Shown here: positions 47,652 to 56,857 of the stretch, one piece after another
How the letters are laid out: each line of letters begins with the position of its first letter
Numbering within the stretch: position 1 is the first letter of the stretch
NCBI GenBank assembly: GCA_052426225.1
Contig: JBNJNM010000010.1
Span: 1,364,001-1,428,000, forward strand
Length of the DNA: 64,000 nucleotides
Source of the DNA: Zancudomyces culisetae HAW-14-8
Lineage: Eukaryota > Fungi > Kickxellomycota
Direction: 5' to 3'
The notes under the pieces: model-generated
The model's input: only the letters and a program-made list of their open reading frames with translations
The model's database searches: none
Told to the model about the DNA's origin: nothing
Position numbers and translations under genes: made by a program

Positions 47652-48593
47652 ATGAAATTTCTAGTATCAAGTGCATTGTTGTTGAGCCTTAACGCTGCTA
47701 ATGGGTACTACGTTCCCAATGCCTATAAAGTAGTCCAAACTAGAAGGGTGGCTTCTAAGCCCATCAAATCAGTTGCACGACCTCCCGCGGTTCGTGCCTC
47801 ACTTAGCACCAGCATAATGACCGTATCCTCTGTATACTCTACATCCATAATATCGCTATTATCACCCCTAGTACCTACAGCCTCCATGGTTACTCAACCA
47901 ACTGTAGCTCCTGTAACACTCGAAGCTTTTACAAGTACCTTCACCTCTGTGACCTCTGCGGTACCTACAGCACCCGTATTTGTTTCATCGGCTGCGACCT
48001 CAGTACTCACTGGGGCATATGCGACCCCTGTATTTACCCAATCAGCTGCAGCCCCTGTACTTTCTGAAGCATATACAACCTCTATGCTTACACAATCTAT
48101 TACAGTTTCTGTACTCACTGAAACCATTCCAATCTCTGCATTGTCCGGAGCATCTGCAGCATCAGCATTTACTCAACCCATAATAGCACCTGTAATTACC
48201 CAACTGCCTGTGACTATAGGAACTGCTCAATCGGCTTTGGCTCCTTCAGTTGTCGAGGTTCCTACAACCGCTGTAGCTACTGGAGCACCTGTGGCTTCTG
48301 TAGCCAACAAGCGTGGCCCTACAATGAGCATCCGTATTTACGGCAGGGCCAAACGTCAACAACTACTTGCACTGATGTTAATAAGCCCTAATAACTGTTA
48401 TAACATACCAGATGCATCCAGCGCTGTCTTTGGTATTGGTGGCGCAGGAACAGGAATAATTACGCTCTATGCAGGATCTGATTGTTCTGGAAAGTCCTAT
48501 ACTGCGAGTAATCGCGTCACACTTTCACTAGATGATATCAAAGGTGTAGAACTCGGCAGTGTCGCCAAGTCGATAAAATGGTCTCTTGAATAA
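47652..48593 (+). CDS. Secreted Ser/Thr/Ala/Pro-rich (mucin-like) protein with a small C-terminal 2-Cys globular domain
   Basis: Signal peptide MKFLVSSALLLSLNAANG, degenerate ~18-aa repeats, a KR dibasic site, then a 92-aa domain. Confidence 0.85.
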   Translation: MKFLVSSALLLSLNAANGYYVPNAYKVVQTRRVASKPIKSVARPPAVRASLSTSIMTVSSVYSTSIISLLSPLVPTASMVTQPTVAPVTLEAFTSTFTSVTSAVPTAPVFVSSAATSVLTGAYATPVFTQSAAAPVLSEAYTTSMLTQSITVSVLTETIPISALSGASAASAFTQPIIAPVITQLPVTIGTAQSALAPSVVEVPTTAVATGAPVASVANKRGPTMSIRIYGRAKRQQLLALMLISPNNCYNIPDASSAVFGIGGAGTGIITLYAGSDCSGKSYTASNRVTLSLDDIKGVELGSVAKSIKWSLE

Positions 48594-49385
48594 AATTTTT
48601 TGCGAGAATACTTTTAAATCGAGTCTCGCCAGTTTACCATGATATTTTTTTACATTATTTCTAGAAGCTACTTAATTGTTTAATAACCCAAAAAATAAAA
48701 ATAACATTTCTAATAAAGTAAGAGTGTGTATTACTATAGAATACATCATTGCCTAAATGTTATGTATGAGCACAATCATCATTAAAAGGATTGAGTTGGT
48801 GTAACTGTGGTTAAATAATGCTATTTTTTGGTGGTATGGTTTTGACTTTGTAAGTACAAGTGCGTACCGCTGATTATGCTTATAGCTAGCTTGATGTTGT
48901 GATTCTCTTGCAGTTTTTGCATAACTGCTTAAAACTTGGGAAGAGACAGGCCGGGCTTTGTCGTTTGATGCTTTAATCAGTTTGTCGTAAAGTTAAAACG
49001 TTAATTTTTATACATTTTGTAAACCACATGATATCTTCAGACTTTTAGATACGTATGATGCTCTTAAAAACTATGAGAAGCTAACTATTATACTCGTCTT
49101 TTCTATGTAAACCCGACTCTCTACATACTGGATGTCAGATTAAAGGCAAAGCGAGTGTGTATCTAAAAGTTCTCGGATTTCTCTACACCTTTATTTTCGC
49201 AAATCAAACAAAAAATATTTTTTCTCCACATTTTCTCAATATTTGGTAAGAAATCAAAATTTTTTTTATTGCTTTTGATATCTTTTAATTGAGGTGGTTA
49301 TAATTGTGACTTTCCCGAGCATGAGTAGAAACGAATAACACTAAGATCAATTTCTTCAATAAAACTGGTCAAGAAACCACAAAAA

Positions 49386-50417
49386 ATGCCGAGAAGTATA
49401 CAGGGATCCAATTCTGCATACAAAGTTCTGAGCGGGCTCTTCAAAGTCTACGAGACAAGCTCGGTCCAGAATATGTGTAAAAAAACGCCAGGAAATTCAA
49501 AGCCTACCTATACAGAAGCCATTGGACATACAGACACCATAAAAACGCATAAAAGTGGTTTTTTATACACCGCTCGAGGTCGTAGCTCCGTAAAGACAAA
49601 TGAAAGTATACGGAAAATGGAGAAAGTTAGGTTTTTAAGCACAAGTACAAACAAAGTAAACACAAGCAGCACAGCCAAATCTGAGAACGCCGAATTCGAA
49701 AAGTTTTTGCTTGATAACATTGAGGAAAATTTTGAAGAGAAGTACCTGCAACTAAATCAAGGTAGAGATGAATTGATTAATGCGCAGTTATCAGTCGATG
49801 AGAATCCAAACTCGGATCAAAGTGAAAGTCTAGGTGTGTCTGAAGAGCTGGAAAGAATTGAAAGCCTGTCACCTGGAGATAAATTCAAACGGGAGCTGAT
49901 ACTTAGTTTACTGTATCTGTGGGAACACGGAAAAAATATGGATACGGAAAAAATAATAGAATCCTTGGTTAACAAAGCCGAGATAAAAAACCTGGAGGGT
50001 GATTTAAATCGGGCTTCTCGCAGGGCCAAGGCGTATTTTCGAAATTATGAGGATATTGATTTGGGGTACAGAATCTCATTGAAAGACTTTTCAATTAAAA
50101 AAGCAAAAAAAGACGAGGCGGACGTTGAGTTTGAGCAGATTGTTAGGAGTGTTTTTAGTTCAGCTGAACAAAAATATGTTTACGAGAATATCGATAAAAT
50201 CGCAAGTGGAATCGAGGAGAAGGCGATATTGAAACTGAACAAGGGACTGGATATTAATATGTTGCTTCCTAATGAGTACAGAGAGAATATGGCTAAAACT
50301 ACATCGGGAAGTAATGATGCATTGGATGAAATTGATCCCACCAGGCTATCACAAAATGAATTGAAGAATCTAATTACATATAAAATGGTGGAGTTTTTAA
50401 GAAAATTTCCTGGTTGA
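49386..50417 (+). CDS. Hypothetical protein, possibly mitochondrial (343 aa)
   Basis: Long ORF; basic, Ser/Thr-rich N-terminus with RFLSTS, and an acidic helical C-terminal half. Confidence 0.72.
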   Translation: MPRSIQGSNSAYKVLSGLFKVYETSSVQNMCKKTPGNSKPTYTEAIGHTDTIKTHKSGFLYTARGRSSVKTNESIRKMEKVRFLSTSTNKVNTSSTAKSENAEFEKFLLDNIEENFEEKYLQLNQGRDELINAQLSVDENPNSDQSESLGVSEELERIESLSPGDKFKRELILSLLYLWEHGKNMDTEKIIESLVNKAEIKNLEGDLNRASRRAKAYFRNYEDIDLGYRISLKDFSIKKAKKDEADVEFEQIVRSVFSSAEQKYVYENIDKIASGIEEKAILKLNKGLDINMLLPNEYRENMAKTTSGSNDALDEIDPTRLSQNELKNLITYKMVEFLRKFPG

Positions 50418-51656
50418 TAGGTCTAACTACCAATAGGTTTTGTGAGGATTGAATGTGTAGTAGGGATGCTTTCATCTCTGTTTGATTTAGATCATGCTTG
50501 AGGGGAGGGGGGGTATATTGTATTTTTTTAGAGTCTTTTCATAAAAATAAAGATTTTTTCAGTTGATATAATCAGATACGAGTTCAGGCTTTAGAGAAGT
50601 GCAAACATGGAGAGAGATTCTAGTTTGTGTAGGTGCTGATCTGTGTGTTGATGTAGGGTTAGGCTATAATGAAAAATGCTTTTTGTAGGATAAATCGGAA
50701 TGAATCGCATTCAACAATTTCCCTGCCTTTTGTGTTAGCGCTGGCACAAGCCAACACAACAAAGTCTTGGGAAACGAATCCATCACATTATTAGCCGATT
50801 GGCTCTTTAACCAGTAAATGTCTTTTTTTTTGGTTAAGAGCCAAAGAAAAAAAGTCAAAGCATTCACACACTGTTGAAAATGGTTGGTGAGGTGAAAAAA
50901 TCTTATTATTTGCGGAGAGTGTTTTGTTTTTACAGAATTCCAGATAGAAATTAGGCAATAGTAAACAAAAAGTGTTTTGGAAGGATTTTTGGAGTAGCTG
51001 GGGGGAGACAGAAATCTACAAGCCAAGGCAGCAAAAAAGAGGAATGACTGTAGGTTTATGGGATTCTCTTGAAGTCCGATTGCGCATATATAGCTCATAT
51101 AAACAGGTGAGGAATGAGACTTGGAAAGGGTCTGATGACTGCAATGTAGGTTGTACAACCAGTCTTTAATCCAATAATCAGCTCTGGTATTGGAAGGCAT
51201 ACTAATCATTTACTAGAGGTGTTCTGCGAACAGGATATAGCATCTATATAAAAAAAAGAAACACAATGGCGAAAATATGAGGAAAGTCCGATGCTTGGAT
51301 AGGCAGGTGGGTGTTAGTAACGGTGGGTGTTGAGGGTTGGGTTGTTTAGGCTCCTACGATTACTGAGACACTTTGGGTTTGGGTTTATGTTTGGGTTTTT
51401 GGTGTCTAGATTTTGTATGTAAAATTTTCCTCAAATAAATTAAAGTTGCCGCGTTTTAGTTTGAAGTAAACAATCTAACCAAATAAACGAATTTAATGCA
51501 AAAATGCATTGTAAAATGAAAATTTTTTAGCAGTAAAACAATTGTATGTTTAAACATATTTGAACAGAAAAAAATTTGGTTCATCTGTGACTACTGTTTA
51601 ACAAGCTATAAAAAAGAATGGGTAAGATCCGTTATAAGAGTCAAATAAAATGAAGA

Positions 51657-54600
51657 ATGAAGATACAAAATATTATCTATTATTCGGTCTTAGTGGCGAT
51701 TCTGGTTTTTCTAGGAAGTATACGCAGAATCGCACATAAGCGTGTAATTGAAGAAGGAGAAGTGCTAGAAAACGCGTTTATTGGAGAAAAAGAAGAAATA
51801 AAAGCTATAAACTCGGAAATCGAAGGGAGAGGGGTTTTAAATGAATCCTCTCAGCCGAGAAGATTTTATATAGCAGAGTTTTTTGGAACGAAGAGGCACG
51901 AATGTAAAAAGAAGAATAGAACAGGAGGTCGAGAAAATGAGGGGGATAAAGGGGAACGAGGGCATGGAGTCTCATCCGAGAAAAATACAGAAGAAGGGCG
52001 AGAATCAAACGAAAAAAGTGAATCGAATGAAGAGGGAGGGTGTGAGGAAGAGTTTGTCGAGGACGCGGACCTGCGGGAGTTCTATTTGATAGTGCGGGAG
52101 CATGTGATATGCGTATTAAGCTATGTGCTCTTGCTAATGATATGGTACAGTATATTGGACGGGGTGATGGAAAAGGATCAAAAAAGGAGGTTTCAAAATG
52201 GAGTTCCCAGTAGCAGCGGTACTCTAAATATGGGCATAAATGTCAATGTATATAGTACAGGGAATGACAATGGAATAGACAGCAATGTCAGCAGGAGATC
52301 TAGCACGAACAGTATACAGCGTAATAACAATGTTGGGAGTAAAGGAAACCATAGGAGTAGATCAAGTATTACTTATAAAAGGTCAGGGGGGTTAGCCGGC
52401 GTCTTGGAAAAAGAAAGGGAAGTGGGGAAGAAAAACAAAAGTAAATTTCACCAGAGTTTGCTTGAAGGGAAAAGAGTGGTGATAGATAAGGATGAGAGGG
52501 TGACAAAAAGAGAAAAAACAGAGGAGCATGCAGAGATAACAGAAAAAGAAAAAGAAAAGGAAGGTGATGAAGGAGAGGAGAAGGGTATGGGGGAGGTATG
52601 GGAAGGTGGAGATATAGCTGACAGGGAATATACACCAACAAGAAAAGGGAGGAAAGAAGATATACTAGAGGAGGCGAACGAGAACAGAAAGAAGCGGAAT
52701 AAAAGGCTAAAAAGAATAGAATTTGAGATTAGCTCGCAAAGTCGAGAGCGGATGAGGGAGTTGAGAGAAAGAGGGCCGTATTTTATACGTAATAATGCGA
52801 AGCTAGCAATGGCGATTGGGCTGACGTTGCTTACAATGATGTTTATATTGCTGGGTACAACAGTTACGATTAGCAATCTAATGGAAGGCACTGGACAGTA
52901 CATCACTGGGCGGGCAGTCGGAGTAGAGCAGGATGCAACGGTAGGGGTAGGGGTAGGGGTAGGGGTAGGGGAGGGGGGAAGCAAGCAGCAGGAAATTGTG
53001 AGAGAGGGTAAAATAACGTTTAAAGAGTGGCTTTTACCAGCGGCGCTTTCAAAGACAGCAATGGAGAATAAAAAAATAAAAAACACAATAGCACAGAGCA
53101 ACAACCGATTGTATTTAGGGCCTTTTGTAATAGTGGGGCAAAGTAGCCGAGTTGAAATAGGTGATTTTCCAGGGATACTGAGAAGGTTTTGGCAATACCA
53201 GAATATACTGTTGATGGCAACGATAGCGTTTATCCTGCCAGCAAGCTATATTATTATAACTAGTTATAGAGGTACAATGCAGCCGAATCTTGGAAGTAAC
53301 AAGCGGAAGAAGGATGCAATTTTTGAAGAAGATAGAGGGAGTAAATACAAACGGATCTTGCTTATAACAGGAAAGGTTACAGTATGGACGGGGTTGTTGG
53401 TGGGAATAGTGCAGGTTGTTGGAAGAATTGGGCTTATAGAAAGCGATACAACCCATTCGTATATGCAAAAGATTTATCGAGGGCAGTCGCTGATAGTGGC
53501 ATTGGCTGTGTTATTTTGCGGGCCAATGGGGCTAAAAACACAAATGGAGTATATCAACCATGTTCTTCCAATTTCCTACAAAACAAAAAACAACATGATA
53601 GCAGAATACGTTGAATTGACAAACACGCATGAGAGTGTTGTGGCAGAATTAAAAGCCATTAGCTATGAAAAGTCTACGATTGATGAGAGGATAAGGGGAT
53701 TGGAGAGAAATTTGCAACTAAGACCTAGCCGGAGTAGCCTCTTTAAAAGCCTTTTTAATACCTCGGAATTATCCTTGATTTCAAAGATGAGAAGCATGAC
53801 AAGGAGCAACCCGCACTCAGAGAGTGACGAGGAGAATGATCACAGCAAGGGTAATCTTGAGTCCTTAAACGAGGAACGTAGGAAACTGAGCGAGTTGATA
53901 CATGAAAGTAACGTCAAATGTAGGGATATCAGCATGAAGCTGGCTCTCATCAAAAAAAGTGGGGTTCTTGGGAAAGGGTTTTGGGCTAGTGTGTTTAAAC
54001 GAAATGTAGTTTTTATAGCTATTTTGGGGCTGTGGATGACATGTTGGTGGATATTGGTGGGAATCACTGTAGGAGGTTTGATGAGTTTGCTGTTCACTTC
54101 ATCCAGCGACTACAACGCCAACAACAATAACGGTATTGGCAGCTATAATACCAGCAGTGGTGCTGGGAGTTCTGGACTGTACATAACCATTGGATACATT
54201 TTCGATAACTCTTACTCATTTCTAAATTCACAACTGTTGTTATCTCTGCTGCATTTTGTTTCGATTGTGTACTTGTTTATTGCGACAATCTGTGGAATAT
54301 ACTCCATCAAGATTCTATTCAAAATACCGTTCAGCTTCAATATGTTATTCAAACGGAGCACCCATACTGAAAACATCAACAAGGACACTTCCATTATTAA
54401 TTCAAAGGTATTGATAAAGCACACATTTTTGTATTTACTGATATGTCTTGGGTTTCCTTTGGCGCTAAGATGTGTTAATATTCTGTCACTTCCCAGCTAT
54501 TTAACAATTTTTTACAATGTCCGTGATGTTCCACAGTCATTCTCTTTACTAAACAACACCGTGCTACCTGCGAACATCAACTCAGCAAAGGGTACGCCAA

Positions 54601-56756
54601 ACGACCCAACCAGCTACAACTCAAGTTCTGATATCCAAAGCCCTAACAATCTTGGTCCGATTGATAGTTATCTTGGTTTTAATAGAGATAGGAACGATAC
54701 TGGAAACATTTCAGTTGACCAAGAGAATGGCACTGCCAATTACCTGGATTCAGAATCGGAATCAGAATCAGAATCAGAATCAAGCACAATTTCACTAAAC
54801 AAATATATTGGTGTCGTTTCTAGGGCACATGCCAAAATCAGCAGCAAAGCCTGTTCATTTTTAAATCCCATTTCCAGTAAACACAACCCCAATATTTACA
54901 AAGCAATCATTTGGTATTATTACTGCATTCATGGTGATAATGTCATTTATGTTGACTACAAAGATCCAAACAAAGATCAGTCCTCTAAAAGCGAAAAAAA
55001 ATCAGAACATAGTAAAACAAATAAGAAAAAGTCGAACTCAATATTTTCATTATCCAGGTTACTTCCCTTTTATTACAACAATGAAGATGTTGTAAATAGC
55101 GCTGGTAATGAGTATGCTGATGCTGGCTTGGCCGATAATAGTAGTGATGACAATATTAGCTACGAAATGCTCTATGGGAATAACATCAATTTGGACTACA
55201 ACAAGGTATTCTTAACTGTCATGGAATGGTATGCATATAGACATTGCAATGTAAATATTACTTCCATCACAACTGCTGTTCCTACGACAGTTCAGGGTGC
55301 TTCATACAAACTTTTTAGAGATTACGATTACTACAAAATTGATTTTTACAAAAACAACTTGGATGTAAGTGCGGGAATTAGCAAACATGTTAATTCTCGA
55401 GCCAGTAGGTTTGAGGGGCTAAAATCAAATATTTTTATGGTATTATTTCAAACTCCGAAACTGTTGATTTCCAGAAAAACAGGAAATTCCAGCATTACGA
55501 TTGGTTGCGATAAAGCCAAGCCTAAATATAAATATATGCCTGATACCAACAATGACAGCTTTTTGGTCAGTTATTTCTATCCAGAATTAGACTCGATGGT
55601 GGCGTGTCAGTCGTTTAAACTTAGCGCAGATGTCAATATGAGGGACACAAACCAACTTGCAACTGAGCATGATTATAGAAAAGGCGGGTATTTCTTTAGC
55701 TATCTAGTTTATGGTACTAACCAGGGACAGAACGGCCGAGTTAGTAAAGGTGATAAGAGATATAGCCGCAATAGTAATGGAAATATTGGTGGCAGTGGAA
55801 TATACCTACTGGTTACATTCAACTTGTTAATTTATGTTCTATTATTTGTGTATTATAAAGAGTTGTCGGTGTTGCTCATTCTTGTGTTGAAAAAGATGAA
55901 ATCAATGACCTATATACAACCAAAACATGTCAATGTCAATTTCAATCCCAATTCTATGCTGCGATATCCTAGTGATAGCAGCATTAATAGCAATAACAGT
56001 AGCAGTAAGAATGGCTGTAGCAGTGGTAGCACACTCGGAAAAGCTACATCAAGTAAGATTAGTGACGAAAATATAACAGCGGCTAATACACAAACCCCAA
56101 CAACCCAGAAAAACCATTTGCTATACAATCAAAGCACACCATTCAACAGGCACTGCAGCAATAGTACGATATCTGCCACTTTTGACGACTGTGTTTGTAT
56201 ATCCCGCATAAGCAGTCAACCTGAAACCTCAAACTCGACAAGCACGACAAACTTGGTTGCTACTATTTTAGGTTTAGCTGTTGTGGCAACACTTCCGACA
56301 CTTTTGTTTTGTCTCTATCTCTACAACAGCGATATGTCGGCGACAGATGTGGTAGTCTCGATATTATCCCCAGTCTACAATCTGCTGTACATTTTTGTGC
56401 GTCATGCCAAAAAGCTGCTGTTACAAATATTGCTACATTTATTCGATACTATCTTTGGCAAGTTTATTGATGTATATGTAAATGTAACAAACGACAATAC
56501 TACCCAAAGCTTGGGTGGAGATTCTACAGCCAATCCTTCATTTAAAGCATTGGACTATTACTCTTATTGTTCAAACATACTGCTATCTCTACTTGGAACC
56601 ACTACAAACTCCACTAGCACACTTGATGCAAATGGAAATGCAAGTGTTGATGGCATTTCTTCGTTTATGTTCTTGCTTTCTTGGATCTTTTTGTTTAGAT
56701 TGCTTTTTTGTATATTAGTTTTCCATTTTTTATTTAGATCATTACTACCTCTTTAA
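51657..56756 (+). CDS. LMBR1/LMBR1L (Lilipod)-type multipass membrane protein with very large insertions (1699 aa, intronless)
   Basis: Ordered blocks resemble recalled LMBR1 segments: FYLIVREHVICVLSYVLL, AFILPASYII, LFCGPMGL, ASVFKRNVVF, YLFIATICGIYS, FPLALRCVNI, IYLLVTFNLL. Confidence 0.7.
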   Translation: MKIQNIIYYSVLVAILVFLGSIRRIAHKRVIEEGEVLENAFIGEKEEIKAINSEIEGRGVLNESSQPRRFYIAEFFGTKRHECKKKNRTGGRENEGDKGERGHGVSSEKNTEEGRESNEKSESNEEGGCEEEFVEDADLREFYLIVREHVICVLSYVLLLMIWYSILDGVMEKDQKRRFQNGVPSSSGTLNMGINVNVYSTGNDNGIDSNVSRRSSTNSIQRNNNVGSKGNHRSRSSITYKRSGGLAGVLEKEREVGKKNKSKFHQSLLEGKRVVIDKDERVTKREKTEEHAEITEKEKEKEGDEGEEKGMGEVWEGGDIADREYTPTRKGRKEDILEEANENRKKRNKRLKRIEFEISSQSRERMRELRERGPYFIRNNAKLAMAIGLTLLTMMFILLGTTVTISNLMEGTGQYITGRAVGVEQDATVGVGVGVGVGEGGSKQQEIVREGKITFKEWLLPAALSKTAMENKKIKNTIAQSNNRLYLGPFVIVGQSSRVEIGDFPGILRRFWQYQNILLMATIAFILPASYIIITSYRGTMQPNLGSNKRKKDAIFEEDRGSKYKRILLITGKVTVWTGLLVGIVQVVGRIGLIESDTTHSYMQKIYRGQSLIVALAVLFCGPMGLKTQMEYINHVLPISYKTKNNMIAEYVELTNTHESVVAELKAISYEKSTIDERIRGLERNLQLRPSRSSLFKSLFNTSELSLISKMRSMTRSNPHSESDEENDHSKGNLESLNEERRKLSELIHESNVKCRDISMKLALIKKSGVLGKGFWASVFKRNVVFIAILGLWMTCWWILVGITVGGLMSLLFTSSSDYNANNNNGIGSYNTSSGAGSSGLYITIGYIFDNSYSFLNSQLLLSLLHFVSIVYLFIATICGIYSIKILFKIPFSFNMLFKRSTHTENINKDTSIINSKVLIKHTFLYLLICLGFPLALRCVNILSLPSYLTIFYNVRDVPQSFSLLNNTVLPANINSAKGTPNDPTSYNSSSDIQSPNNLGPIDSYLGFNRDRNDTGNISVDQENGTANYLDSESESESESESSTISLNKYIGVVSRAHAKISSKACSFLNPISSKHNPNIYKAIIWYYYCIHGDNVIYVDYKDPNKDQSSKSEKKSEHSKTNKKKSNSIFSLSRLLPFYYNNEDVVNSAGNEYADAGLADNSSDDNISYEMLYGNNINLDYNKVFLTVMEWYAYRHCNVNITSITTAVPTTVQGASYKLFRDYDYYKIDFYKNNLDVSAGISKHVNSRASRFEGLKSNIFMVLFQTPKLLISRKTGNSSITIGCDKAKPKYKYMPDTNNDSFLVSYFYPELDSMVACQSFKLSADVNMRDTNQLATEHDYRKGGYFFSYLVYGTNQGQNGRVSKGDKRYSRNSNGNIGGSGIYLLVTFNLLIYVLLFVYYKELSVLLILVLKKMKSMTYIQPKHVNVNFNPNSMLRYPSDSSINSNNSSSKNGCSSGSTLGKATSSKISDENITAANTQTPTTQKNHLLYNQSTPFNRHCSNSTISATFDDCVCISRISSQPETSNSTSTTNLVATILGLAVVATLPTLLFCLYLYNSDMSATDVVVSILSPVYNLLYIFVRHAKKLLLQILLHLFDTIFGKFIDVYVNVTNDNTTQSLGGDSTANPSFKALDYYSYCSNILLSLLGTTTNSTSTLDANGNASVDGISSFMFLLSWIFLFRLLFCILVFHFLFRSLLPL
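52941..52978 (+). repeat. (GTAGGG)x5 + GAGGGGGG coding repeat (Val-Gly); G-quadruplex-compatible
   Basis: Seen directly. Confidence 0.9.
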
Positions 56757-56857
56757 AACTAAATAATAAAATACTACCAAGGGAATAAGGAGGATTTGGC
56801 AAAGAAAAATAAAAGATTGCTCTTGTCCAACAAAATCGATTTTAATTCTACAGCCAA

